A stretch of 64,000 nucleotides of DNA, from contig JAAFIA010000004.1 of NCBI GenBank assembly GCA_013298545.1, forward strand, positions 26,832-90,831, in the 5' to 3' direction. Both the position numbers and the translations under genes were made by a program. A model generated the notes under the pieces. The model was not told the DNA's origin. It saw only the letters and a list, made by a program, of their open reading frames with translations, and ran no database searches. Of the stretch, positions 1 through 10,003 are shown piece after piece. Origin of the DNA: Bacteroidota bacterium. Lineage in GTDB: Bacteria; Bacteroidota; Bacteroidia; Palsa-965. Positions within the stretch are counted from its first letter, which is position 1. Each line of letters opens with the position of its first letter.

Positions 1-10
1 TACAAAAAAA

Positions 11-3000
11 TCACTCCTGCACCGGCCACATCCACGAACCATCTGGACGCATGTACCCAACGCCATTGCCTTGATGCACCCGTTGAATGCGCGGCGAAAC
101 TTCGGTGATGTAATCGTACTCCACGGGCACAAAAGTTTTTCCGGAAGAAGTAAAAATTCCGGTCATGCCAAACAACCGACAACGCGCCAAGCCCTCGCTG
201 TAAGCCTCAATACCATCGAAATACGGTGGAACTAAATAACGTCCCGTAAAACTAATCACGCCCCATTTTTGTCCAACTTTTACCGGCGCAACACCATGCG
301 AAAACGCATAGCCCTCGTCGAAATACAAACGGCCTAACTGATGCCCACCACGTGTTACATACCACGTATCAAACGTGTGGCTCATACTTGCATGCACTAA
401 AACGATATTTCCCGAAAACGAATTGGCCTGAGCGCCGCGCTCCAAACGAATCACCTCTTTTCCGGTTGTGTCCACATAAACCGTTTTGTAATTCTGCGTC
501 ATGGCCATCGCCAAGCCTTCCGAAAACGGTTTGGTGAGTTTGTAATACGGCGTATTTAAGCGATGCCCTTCGCGATCGACAAATCCCCAGCCTTGTTCCC
601 AACACACCGCCATCAACCCATTTTCAAAATGTGTTACACGCGCAAAAACAAAACCTGTTTTTGAAACACCAAGCGTATCGATAAAACTCCAGTACAAATT
701 TTTGCGCACCATGACACGTCCTTGCGAACATGCTTGAATCACATCGTAAAGTTGGCGCGTCAGTTCTTTTCCGGCATTGTTGGCAAGGGCGTATTGTCCG
801 CCTTCGCCGCGCACGGCCCAAAGCGTAGAACCCGGCACGGGATTGATTTCGCGGTAACGCAATTTTCCTTGTTCGCGTCCCGCAGCATCAACCAAGACCC
901 AAAGGGTTTTTAATTTTACGGGAGCAAATGCACCTGAAAAATCTTTTGCCATATCGTATTTCGATTCTATCACCAGCGCACCACTTTTGTCAATAAAGCC
1001 CCATTTGTTTTTCATCCGCACACGTGCCAAGCCACACTGAAAATCGCCCACGGCATCATGCGTTGCCGCAATCACAAGCGTTCCCGACGTATCCAGAAAC
1101 CCCCATTTTGTGCCTACGCGCACAGCCGCCAACCCTTCTGCAAACGCATGAATATCGGTAAACTGTTCTTCCACAAGCACGCCGCCCGATGTTTTGCATA
1201 CGCCCCATTTTCCCGTGTTGTTGAATGCGATGTAACCGCCGCCCATCAGTTTCGCGTTTTTCAATCCCGGTGGAATGACCAGTTTTCCTAACGTGTCGAT
1301 GTAGCCATAACGTGGCATGTATTTTTCGGCAATGACTAACGTGTCGTTTGTTTTTGAAAAACGCAGATGCCAATACTCAGGCGCAATACGCATCTTACCA
1401 AGCGTATCGACCAAGCCCCATTTTTTTTCTACCGAAACAATGCACAAACCTTTTCGGTACGCACTAACGGCAGTATAAATTGTTGGAATCATCACCTTCC
1501 CCGTCATGCTGATGTAGCCCCATTTTCCGCCAGAAAGAAAAACATGCATGCGTTTCAGTTCTTCTTTCGAAACACCAGCAGGGCCTGAGAAAGAACGCTT
1601 TTCGTCAATTTCGTTTGTATGAATAAACGATGACATGGACATTAAAAATGTTCCTTCTTGTGTTTCTACACTAGCAAGCAATTTTCCTTCGATACATACT
1701 TTTATCATGCCTTCAGGTGTGGGCTTGAACGCATGTGTAAGCGGAATAAAACCTGCCGTACCGTCGATGCTTACGAGTCCTGCTTGTCCGTCGGCGCGTG
1801 TGCAACGAATCAATTTAAAAGCACGGTTCGTGGCACATAAATTCAAATCAACATCTTCGATGTGTGTGTAGTTTAACGGCAACACAAAAGCGCCTGACGT
1901 ATCGTTGACAACACCGTAAAGCATTAAAGAAAATGTTTGTTTACCATTGAGTGTCGGACCGTTTCCGTCTCCACTTTTTCCAACAACCGTATAAAAACCA
2001 GGGACAAATTGCCCGCCCAAAAAAGAAGAGGTATTGACGCGTCGAATGAAATCAAACATAGGTTGAATGATGGTATCGCGCGTGGCGATGTTGAGCAAGC
2101 CCCAACCTTTTTCACAAACAAAAAACCAATCGGTTGTTGCAGCGCGAACTCCTGCTATTGATTTTAAGGACAACGGCTGATCGGCCCAACCATCATCGTT
2201 GGTCAGATCGGTTGGAAGACGCGTATCGCCACCAATTTTAATGGTGCGTAATTGGGCATAATCTGTTCGTTCGAGTACATTGCCATCAGCATCAATTTTA
2301 AGAAATGCTGCGCCGCCATCTTTGCGCCTTGCCTTCACCAAATTTTCGCGAAACAAAATTTCTTGCTCGGCCAGTTTAACAATGTGTTCTCCTTTTTTGT
2401 TGACCAGCAAGGATACGTTTTTGATGTGGGCCAAAGCAACGCCATGCCCGAATGGCCGCACCAAATCATAGCTCGTGGGTAAAATAATTTTTCCGTCGGC
2501 GGAAGCAGCCCCCCATTTTTTTTGTTGATACAACAACCACATGCCTTCATTGCCATCGAGAATATCGGTGTAAATGGGTTGCAAAACCAATTGCCCAAGC
2601 GTATCAAACAAGCCACATAATTTTTTCTCGTTGTAGCCTTTCATGTATTTGCCATTGGCGGGAAGAAAGCCAATGTATTTTTCAACGGAAAGTCGTTTTT
2701 GATATTTGCTGGAATACAAAACCGCCGAATCGCCGCGCGCACCGACAATGAAATAATGCGAAGGTTGCAACAAAGTATCCCAAATGCAAGGCATGATTTT
2801 ATTTCCGTCGCGGTAAATCGCGCCCCATAAATTTTTGATGCGCATGCCTAGAATATCGGCATGAACCCATTTCAAATAATCGCAGGTGTCGCCAACGAGC
2901 CGAACGCCTTCAAACGTAATGGCGCCGAGTTTTTTTCCTTTCACAAGCATGAGTGTGCGGTTACGCATCACGAGTGCTGTATCGTAGATGGGTTCGGTGA

Positions 3001-3538
3001 TCACAAGGCCATCGGAATTGATGAAGCCCCAGAGCGAATCGGCTTTGTAGCCAATCACACCACCAAAAAAACCGCCGATGTCGCTGTATTTTGCAGGAAG
3101 AATTTTTTTACCGCTAGCCGTAATCAATCCCCAGCCGCCAGCATCGCCCTGCTCCCCGAAAAACTCATAATACGCAAGCATGTTGCCATAAATCACACGC
3201 AACATATCGAACCCTTCGGGCGTGATGATACGCCCTGAAGAGTCAACAGCATACGCTTTGTTTCCTTGTTGCACCACACCAATTCCATTTTCGAAATCGG
3301 CAGCAGCATCGTACGCAGGCGCAATGGCAATTTTTCCCAACGAATCGCAGTAGCCCCAACGCCCGCCCACACGCACCGGAAAACGGTTAATCGTAGGCAA
3401 GACGATGTTTGGTTGAATGATCCAATTTGCGTTGACAGCAAGCGTTGTTGCAAGCCGGTTATTTGGATTTACTTGCGCACTTGCCACATGCGATAAGAGC
3501 ATGGCCAGAATGCTGAAAAGAAAATGCCGAGAGGTCAT
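11..3538 (-). CDS. WG-repeat (KWG-family) secreted protein, 1175 aa
   Basis: N-terminal signal peptide MTSRHFLFSILAMLLSHVASAQ. More than 20 repeats of ~35-40 aa, each containing KWG(Y/F/L)(I/V)D-type motifs, as in the Pfam WG_beta_rep / KWG family. No T9SS CTD. Confidence 0.75.
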   Translation of the reverse strand: MTSRHFLFSILAMLLSHVASAQVNPNNRLATTLAVNANWIIQPNIVLPTINRFPVRVGGRWGYCDSLGKIAIAPAYDAAADFENGIGVVQQGNKAYAVDSSGRIITPEGFDMLRVIYGNMLAYYEFFGEQGDAGGWGLITASGKKILPAKYSDIGGFFGGVIGYKADSLWGFINSDGLVITEPIYDTALVMRNRTLMLVKGKKLGAITFEGVRLVGDTCDYLKWVHADILGMRIKNLWGAIYRDGNKIMPCIWDTLLQPSHYFIVGARGDSAVLYSSKYQKRLSVEKYIGFLPANGKYMKGYNEKKLCGLFDTLGQLVLQPIYTDILDGNEGMWLLYQQKKWGAASADGKIILPTSYDLVRPFGHGVALAHIKNVSLLVNKKGEHIVKLAEQEILFRENLVKARRKDGGAAFLKIDADGNVLERTDYAQLRTIKIGGDTRLPTDLTNDDGWADQPLSLKSIAGVRAATTDWFFVCEKGWGLLNIATRDTIIQPMFDFIRRVNTSSFLGGQFVPGFYTVVGKSGDGNGPTLNGKQTFSLMLYGVVNDTSGAFVLPLNYTHIEDVDLNLCATNRAFKLIRCTRADGQAGLVSIDGTAGFIPLTHAFKPTPEGMIKVCIEGKLLASVETQEGTFLMSMSSFIHTNEIDEKRSFSGPAGVSKEELKRMHVFLSGGKWGYISMTGKVMIPTIYTAVSAYRKGLCIVSVEKKWGLVDTLGKMRIAPEYWHLRFSKTNDTLVIAEKYMPRYGYIDTLGKLVIPPGLKNAKLMGGGYIAFNNTGKWGVCKTSGGVLVEEQFTDIHAFAEGLAAVRVGTKWGFLDTSGTLVIAATHDAVGDFQCGLARVRMKNKWGFIDKSGALVIESKYDMAKDFSGAFAPVKLKTLWVLVDAAGREQGKLRYREINPVPGSTLWAVRGEGGQYALANNAGKELTRQLYDVIQACSQGRVMVRKNLYWSFIDTLGVSKTGFVFARVTHFENGLMAVCWEQGWGFVDREGHRLNTPYYKLTKPFSEGLAMAMTQNYKTVYVDTTGKEVIRLERGAQANSFSGNIVLVHASMSHTFDTWYVTRGGHQLGRLYFDEGYAFSHGVAPVKVGQKWGVISFTGRYLVPPYFDGIEAYSEGLARCRLFGMTGIFTSSGKTFVPVEYDYITEVSPRIQRVHQGNGVGYMRPDGSWMWPVQE

Positions 3539-3592
3539 GACATAAAAGTTGAAAGTGAAAAAAACAGGCGTAACGAAAAAAGAAAAAGACGA

Positions 3593-4933
3593 TTAGAGGG
3601 AATTGATAATCGTATTTAAATCGCCCACTGTTTTTGCTTGCATCGTGCTTGGCGTAAATGAAAAGCGCACCGACTCGTTATTTTTTGCTTTGACTTTTGC
3701 AAAGGCGTCGCGTGTCATGACACACACGTCATTGGTTTTGTTGCGAATGGCAATAAGCCCACTTTTCATGGATGGCGAAAAACGAAAACTTATTCCAGAT
3801 TGTGCCGAAACAGCAATGGCGTTTCCATCGGCAATGAGATAAAGCGTAACATCTTCGCGGTGATCGTTGAACGCTTGGCTTCCGAAATCGAAATCGGCTG
3901 CTACAACAATTGCATCGGGCCGACCAAAGATGCGATCGCAATTGGCAAAGCCAAAACGTGTAATGCTGACTTGGCGTGTGAAAGGCGGTGTAGCGGCCAA
4001 TTGATCTTCGCGTTGTTGGCGGGCGGCTTCCCATGTTTTTAATTTTTCACGAAATGTTTGCCGCGCTTTTTCGAGATTTTCTTCGGTAAGAACCGGACGC
4101 ACTTGTGTTGTAAACGATTCGTCTGCCGCAGCGAGATTGAGTGTATAGGTTTGTTCGTCGGCATTTGGCTCAATACTCATGCGTGTCCACGACGTTGTAT
4201 AAACGCGTTTATCTTTTTCGGGATCGTTTCCTGTTCCGGCGTATTGCCAAAGGACGTTGTTGTAGCTTGCTAACTCGGGGCGAAGCGTTGGGTCAATATC
4301 AAAATTAATCATGGGCAAGTTGGGATCAACAGCTTGCGGTTCTGCTGGTCGAACATTCATTGCAGCGAGTGCCTTTGCAAGTTGTCTGAATGTGGAATTG
4401 GTATCAGCACCACCAGAAGATTTATAAACCCAATTACTGGCAACTGTATCGAGTTCGTAAAAGTTGAAATCGCCAGATTTGAAGGAAATAAAGGAGAGGG
4501 CGATATTTCCACCTTCGCGAACATAAACAGGTTTTCCGTTTTGCGAAGCGGTCAGTTCAAACATACCCGCCGACTCGAACGGATAAATTTGTCCGGCAGA
4601 ATCGTATTGCATAGTAATTCCAGAGGCAATGATTTCGGCGGCGGTATGAAATTCGCGGTAGGAAAACAAAACGTTTCCTTCAACGGTTTTTCCCGTTTCG
4701 TCAACAAGTGTTCCTTTTGGAATGGTGATGGTTGTGCCGGAGCTGGTTAGGAGTGTATCGTTTTCGCTCGCGTTGACGGTGTATTCTTGATCGGGAACAT
4801 CAACGTCTTTGAGTGGTGGAGCAACCGCATGTTCGCGGAGTTTGCCTTCTTTTGAAGGGGCGCAGGAATTGAGCGAAAAAGAAAGGGCCGCAAGTAGTGC
4901 GAGGCCAAGGACGAGGTTTTTTTGCGTTTGCAT
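3593..4933 (-). CDS. hypothetical lipoprotein
   Basis: The internal Met gives MQTQKNLVLGLALLAALSFSLNSC, a signal peptide plus lipobox. The ORF-track start (TTG at 4984) adds 17 non-signal residues. No recognisable domain. Confidence 0.6.
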   Translation of the reverse strand: MQTQKNLVLGLALLAALSFSLNSCAPSKEGKLREHAVAPPLKDVDVPDQEYTVNASENDTLLTSSGTTITIPKGTLVDETGKTVEGNVLFSYREFHTAAEIIASGITMQYDSAGQIYPFESAGMFELTASQNGKPVYVREGGNIALSFISFKSGDFNFYELDTVASNWVYKSSGGADTNSTFRQLAKALAAMNVRPAEPQAVDPNLPMINFDIDPTLRPELASYNNVLWQYAGTGNDPEKDKRVYTTSWTRMSIEPNADEQTYTLNLAAADESFTTQVRPVLTEENLEKARQTFREKLKTWEAARQQREDQLAATPPFTRQVSITRFGFANCDRIFGRPDAIVVAADFDFGSQAFNDHREDVTLYLIADGNAIAVSAQSGISFRFSPSMKSGLIAIRNKTNDVCVMTRDAFAKVKAKNNESVRFSFTPSTMQAKTVGDLNTIINSL

Positions 4934-4998
4934 GTGATCAGCGTTTATGGCATAATACCGGAATGTGCCAAAAGGTAACCCCAAAGCAAAAAATATTT

Positions 4999-5541
4999 TT
5001 ACCGGTTATAGCTTTTCACCACAATTTGCGCAAAATCGAAGAGGGAATTGACGTACATATCGGCTTCAGGAAGCGAGGGGGCATCGCCAACAAAAACCGC
5101 TTGCATACCCGCATTGCGGGCAAAGCCCATATCGCTGTGCGAATCGCCAACCATGATGGCGTTTGCAAAATCAATTTCAGGAAAATCTTTTTTGGCAAGC
5201 AAGGCCATTCCAATTCCGGGTTTTCGCAAGGGCGAATTTTCAGAAGCGGCATTGGGCGAAAAGTAAACGGCATTAATTTTTCCGCCACGCTTTTTAATTT
5301 CAGCGCACATGTACGCATGAATTTTTTCGAGATCGGATGCGTTGTACAAGCCTTTCGAAATGCCTTGTTGGTTGGTAACAACAACAATGCGTTGAATATG
5401 TTTCGACAACATATTCAACGCATCTAAAACTCCGGGAAGAAATTTAAACTCTTCAAGCCGCTTAACGTAATCATTCATGAGCCGGACATTGATAACTCCG
5501 TCGCGGTCGAGAAATAGTGTAGTGGCTGAGTTGAGGTGCAT
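4999..5541 (-). CDS. gmhB: D-glycero-D-manno-heptose-1,7-bisphosphate phosphatase (HAD-IIIA family)
   Basis: FLDRDGVIN motif, VVVTNQ(Q)GI and GDSxSD motifs typical of GmhB/histidinol-phosphatase-like HAD-IIIA proteins. Start lies 2 bp after the upstream gene's stop, suggesting an operon with the BNR surface protein. Confidence 0.8.
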   Translation of the reverse strand: MHLNSATTLFLDRDGVINVRLMNDYVKRLEEFKFLPGVLDALNMLSKHIQRIVVVTNQQGISKGLYNASDLEKIHAYMCAEIKKRGGKINAVYFSPNAASENSPLRKPGIGMALLAKKDFPEIDFANAIMVGDSHSDMGFARNAGMQAVFVGDAPSLPEADMYVNSLFDFAQIVVKSYNR

Positions 5542-5542
5542 A

Positions 5543-8500
5543 TTAGTAGATTAAAACGCGACGAACCGTTTCCTGTTTGGAATTGGTTAAGCGAATCAAA
5601 AATGTTCCTGATCCGAAAGGAGTGAGGTCAAGTTGTTGGTTGTAGCGTCCGTTAAATTGTGTGAGTGTTTCGGCATAAATTTCACGACCGAGTGCGTCGC
5701 AAATACTTAACACATAATCGTCATTGGTTTGTACTTCGAACGCAAGTTGGAATTGGCCGTTGCTTGGATTTGGTGCAATGACAAAAAATCCGGCGGCTTC
5801 GTTTGGTGGAACGCCATTGACGAGCGTGGCTTGCGATTCGCCACCCGTACATCCAGAAGAGGTAAATGTAGCAACGCTGTACATCCCAACGTTTAATGCA
5901 GTATAGTTTTGCGATGTTGCTCCGGCAATGGGTGTGCCGTTGAAATACCATTGGTATTGCGGTGCGGCGGGCGAACAGGTGAGCATAAATCCATTAACCA
6001 AAACGGTTGGCATTTGCATCGGTGGTAACACAATCAACATGCGGGCACTAGACGCGGTACATCCATTGGTATCGGTTCCCGTTACCGAATAGGTTGTTGT
6101 TCCGTAAGGCCAAACGAGCGCAGAGTCATTGGCTGCGGTGTTGGTGTAGATGGATGGATTCCAGGTGTATTGCAAATTTTGATTGCTACAAGTAACCCAT
6201 GTTGTGTCGCCAAAACAAATAGAGGTAGCACTAGTAACCGAAAATCCCGGTAGGGGATTTACACGAATTTCAACAGAATCGGAGGAAGAACATCCGAATA
6301 CATCGGTTGTGGTTAAGACAAATATTTGTGTTCCGGCTTGTTGTGCAATAAGTGTTGGATTTTGAATGGTGGCATGGTCTAACCCTGTTGTTGGCGACCA
6401 AGAATAAGTTGCTGCACCAGTGCCGCTAAGTGTTATAAAACCGCTGTTGCATAAACTGGTATCTGCTCCAGCATTTACATTGGGTGCAGCAGCAACGGTG
6501 ATGGTTTGCGCAAGCGTATCGTTGCCGTTTGCATTCGAGACAATGAGCGTAACGGTGTACGTTCCAGCAGCGGTATAATTTACAACCGGATTTTGCGAAG
6601 TTGATGTATTCGGTGTTGCGCCAGGAAAATCCCAAGCCCATGCTGTTGCAGCAGGAGCAGATAGATCCGTAAACGACGCGTTACCATTTTGACAAACAGT
6701 TGCAGGTGCCGCAAATGCTGCGGTTGGCGGCAATGATGTTGATCCGCTGATGTTGATGTTATCGAGATAAATGAATTGGCCGTGATGTCCGCGATTTCTA
6801 AAAACAACCATCACGCTTGTTTGTCCGGCATAAGCATTGAGGTTGATGGTTTCGGTACGCCATTGGTTGTTGGTTGGCGTAAAGAGCGATGTTTGATCGG
6901 GTGTGGTAGCAAGTTGTGTTCCGCCTTTCAAAAACACGGAAGTAAATGTTGCGCCGCAATCGGAAGAGATCAATACTTCGATGGAGTCGCTGCGTGTAGC
7001 ATTGTAACGCGCATAAGCCACATCGAAATCGAGTTGAAGTGTTGTGTATCCCGTAAAATTAATTCCGGGAGAACGCAATTCGTCGCGGTCGTTGTTGACA
7101 ATGTTGTTGAAGTTGTTGAAATAAGCACACTCATTGCTGTTGTGCCCAACCGTGCTGCTGCGTTCCCAAACAAAATTCTGATTTCCGGCGTTGAGCATAC
7201 TCCATCCTGCTGGGACAAATGTTGTGGAAACAAAGCCTTCAACAACAGGAGGTGTCAACGCACCCGTAACCGTGATGTAGGTAAGTTTCGATTCAACAGC
7301 AGCACCAGCGATATTGGTCGCTGTAAGTGTTACAGGATAAACGCCGGGCGTGTTGTAAACAACAGTAGGATTTTGGAGCGATGATGTGCTTGGTGTTCCG
7401 CCAGGAAAATTCCAAGACCATGCCGTTGGAGCGAGTGTAGAAAGATCGGTAAACTGTACGGTTTGTCCGGGGCAAACCAACGTGTTATTTGCCGCGAAAT
7501 TGGCATCGGCAGTTAACAGCGAAAGATCAATCGGTGCTTCCCACACGCCACGCCCATAAGTCGATGCGCGCAAGGTCATGGTTGGCAGAAAAATTTTCAA
7601 ATCAGAAACGGGTGTATTCGGAAGACCTGTAAAAAAGGGTTGCCAAGAAGACATATTATCGTCGCGGTAATAAACACCCACATCGCATCCAACATACACG
7701 GCGTTATTTCCTGCACCTGGAATCGCTGCAACACAATTTGCAGGAAGGTTTGGCAATCCGTTGGAAATGTTGGTCCAAGAAATACCAGCATCGTGCGTTA
7801 CAAAAACATGGTAGTTGTTGTTATATCCAGACAGCGTAACCCAAAGCGTTTTCTCATCTTGCGGACTCACACCGATGCGCGAAATAGAAGAACCCGATGT
7901 TGAAATCGTACCTGTGATTGTTGTCCATGTAGCACCACCATTGCTCGATCTAAAAATCGCAGAACTGGAACAGGCGTAAATGTATTGTGTGTTTGACGGA
8001 GCAACTTCAATATCGACGAGTGTTGCGCCGTTTTGCAGTGTACCTAATTGTGTCCACGAGTTGCCTTGATTGGTTGATTTAAAAACCTGAGTATAGCCTG
8101 CATAAAGCGTATTGGCCACGAGTGGATCTTGACACCAAGGCGTAACCCAACCCGCATTGCCAGACAGGCCACTGGTAATTCCGGTCCAGTTATTTCCGCC
8201 ATTTGTAGAACGGTTGAAATCGCCATAATACAATTCGCCGTACATCACATTGTTGTTTGTGCGGTCGATGAAACAATCCATGCCATCGCCACCTAAAACT
8301 TCGGCGTACGAATTTCCACTTTTGAGATTTGTTCCGTTGTCTTGATGCCCCGTGATGAGTATGGTTGAGTTGCTTGCAGAAAGCCCCAAGCGATAGATTT
8401 GTGCAATACACATGTTGCTACTGATGTCAGCCCACGAATTTCCGTTGTTGGTTGTTTCAAATACACCACCATCGCAGGCCACAAAAATGGAAGAACCATT

Positions 8501-9862
8501 GTTTGGCAAAAATTCGATACCATGTATATCGGCATGCACATACGGCGCGCCGCCACCGCCATACCAATGTGCGTTTAAGTCCCAGCTCACACCGCCATCG
8601 GTAGAGCGCCAGACATTGACACCACCCACAAAAACTTCATCAGGATCTGTTGGCGATGCCGCTACTGCAAGATCATACCATGCTTGTCCATCGGTATCGT
8701 TACCGCTTGGACTCCATCCTAAAAGGTTTGGAGAACTTGCTTGACTCGTAAACGAAACGCCGCTATTGACAGATCGGTACATGCCTTGAAAACCTTGTGT
8801 TCCGGTTTCTCCCGCAAGCAAATAAATATAATTTGGATTTGCTGGTGTTACGGCAATGGCCAAACGACTTACTTGATTTGAGGACGGAACACCCGTGGTT
8901 GTTTGAATCCACGAATACCCTCCGTTTGTGGTGTAATAAAATTTGGTGTTGACAACATAAAGTGTGTTTGGATCGCCGGGCTTAAACTCCATATCTTTTA
9001 CTTGATAGCCAACAGAAACAAACCAGTTTGCACCGCCGTCTGTACTTTTATAAACCCCTGCGCTCGTTCCAGCATAAACGATATTGGGACTTGTTGGGTG
9101 AATCAAAATTTTCGAAATTTTTCGTTGTTGACTTTGTGCAAAAGAAAGGCCAGTTGTATTCCAAGTCAATCCGCCATCTGTTGTTTTTAAAACACCAATA
9201 GAAGGCGAATCGCCCCCGTCATGATCGCCCGTTGCGAGATACATGATGTTTGAATTGCTTGGATCGATGGCTAAATCGGAACATCCGATAACGGGCAAAT
9301 TGTCGGTAAGACAAACCCAAGAGCCACCACCGTCTGTTGATTTCCACAAGCCACCTGCGGGCGCGCCAGCGAAAAGGATGTTGTTGTTTCCGGGAAGAAA
9401 ACGAATAAAGTTGATACGACCTGCACCACCGTCGATAGGAGCACCTGTTGGTCCAACAAAACTCCAAGCCGAACTACTTCGCGCATTGGGGTTCTGGCTT
9501 GCGCGCCACGCTGCCATTGCTGCCGGATTCTGATTGAGGTAATCCATGAAGTAAGGGTAGGTGTTGGCGGTTAACGAAAGATCGCCACTTGGAAAAACGC
9601 GGGGCGCCATAAAATCTTCCCAGCGTTTATATAAAAAATAGGTGCCTTCGCGTTGTTCATTTTCTTCTTGTACACCCTCGCGCCGCTCGCGCAACATTTC
9701 GGCTTCTTTATCGCCCCATTCCGATTGGAATGCCCGCTGAATATCGTAAAAGTTTGCACCAGGCGTTTGCCAGAGTGTTAGCCAGTTTGGTTGCGATGGA
9801 TTTTGTGCAAATCCCATTGCGCCAAAAAAGGCTGAAAGGAGAATAATGAGTGTACGTTTCAT
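5543..9862 (-). CDS. BNR/Asp-box repeat (sortilin/Vps10-like) cell-surface protein with PKD-like domains and T9SS type-A C-terminal sorting domain
   Basis: True start MKRTLIILLSAFFGAMGFAQ (signal peptide) at 9862; the ORF-track start at 9934 is an over-extension. About 10 SxDGGxTW Asp-box repeats and two PKD-like domains (FTDLS..WSWNFPGG). C-terminus ...GTFLIRLTNSKQETVRRVLIY is a Por/T9SS CTD. Confidence 0.85.
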   Translation of the reverse strand: MKRTLIILLSAFFGAMGFAQNPSQPNWLTLWQTPGANFYDIQRAFQSEWGDKEAEMLRERREGVQEENEQREGTYFLYKRWEDFMAPRVFPSGDLSLTANTYPYFMDYLNQNPAAMAAWRASQNPNARSSSAWSFVGPTGAPIDGGAGRINFIRFLPGNNNILFAGAPAGGLWKSTDGGGSWVCLTDNLPVIGCSDLAIDPSNSNIMYLATGDHDGGDSPSIGVLKTTDGGLTWNTTGLSFAQSQQRKISKILIHPTSPNIVYAGTSAGVYKSTDGGANWFVSVGYQVKDMEFKPGDPNTLYVVNTKFYYTTNGGYSWIQTTTGVPSSNQVSRLAIAVTPANPNYIYLLAGETGTQGFQGMYRSVNSGVSFTSQASSPNLLGWSPSGNDTDGQAWYDLAVAASPTDPDEVFVGGVNVWRSTDGGVSWDLNAHWYGGGGAPYVHADIHGIEFLPNNGSSIFVACDGGVFETTNNGNSWADISSNMCIAQIYRLGLSASNSTILITGHQDNGTNLKSGNSYAEVLGGDGMDCFIDRTNNNVMYGELYYGDFNRSTNGGNNWTGITSGLSGNAGWVTPWCQDPLVANTLYAGYTQVFKSTNQGNSWTQLGTLQNGATLVDIEVAPSNTQYIYACSSSAIFRSSNGGATWTTITGTISTSGSSISRIGVSPQDEKTLWVTLSGYNNNYHVFVTHDAGISWTNISNGLPNLPANCVAAIPGAGNNAVYVGCDVGVYYRDDNMSSWQPFFTGLPNTPVSDLKIFLPTMTLRASTYGRGVWEAPIDLSLLTADANFAANNTLVCPGQTVQFTDLSTLAPTAWSWNFPGGTPSTSSLQNPTVVYNTPGVYPVTLTATNIAGAAVESKLTYITVTGALTPPVVEGFVSTTFVPAGWSMLNAGNQNFVWERSSTVGHNSNECAYFNNFNNIVNNDRDELRSPGINFTGYTTLQLDFDVAYARYNATRSDSIEVLISSDCGATFTSVFLKGGTQLATTPDQTSLFTPTNNQWRTETINLNAYAGQTSVMVVFRNRGHHGQFIYLDNINISGSTSLPPTAAFAAPATVCQNGNASFTDLSAPAATAWAWDFPGATPNTSTSQNPVVNYTAAGTYTVTLIVSNANGNDTLAQTITVAAAPNVNAGADTSLCNSGFITLSGTGAATYSWSPTTGLDHATIQNPTLIAQQAGTQIFVLTTTDVFGCSSSDSVEIRVNPLPGFSVTSATSICFGDTTWVTCSNQNLQYTWNPSIYTNTAANDSALVWPYGTTTYSVTGTDTNGCTASSARMLIVLPPMQMPTVLVNGFMLTCSPAAPQYQWYFNGTPIAGATSQNYTALNVGMYSVATFTSSGCTGGESQATLVNGVPPNEAAGFFVIAPNPSNGQFQLAFEVQTNDDYVLSICDALGREIYAETLTQFNGRYNQQLDLTPFGSGTFLIRLTNSKQETVRRVLIY

Positions 9863-9954
9863 GAGAAGATGATTGATTGTATTGAGCAGCACGAATATCG
9901 GTATTTCAAATGGATTAACGCCTGTAGGAAACACCGATTAATAAGCATAAAATA

Positions 9955-9985
9955 AAAACGGATAGCTGTTGGGCTATCCGTTTTT
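9955..9985. terminator. intrinsic terminator (bidirectional hairpin) between the two giant surface-protein genes
   Basis: aaaacggatagc-tgttgg-gctatccgtttt: a 12-bp stem flanked by an A-tract on one side and a T-tract on the other. Confidence 0.7.
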
Positions 9986-10003
9986 ACATAACAAAGAATG
10001 AAT

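Noticed and set aside
5016-5387. Overlapping ORFs inside gmhB (5016..5387 -, 5048..5266 +, 4897..5427 +)
   Set aside because: Alternative frames of a confidently identified HAD phosphatase gene. No independent support.
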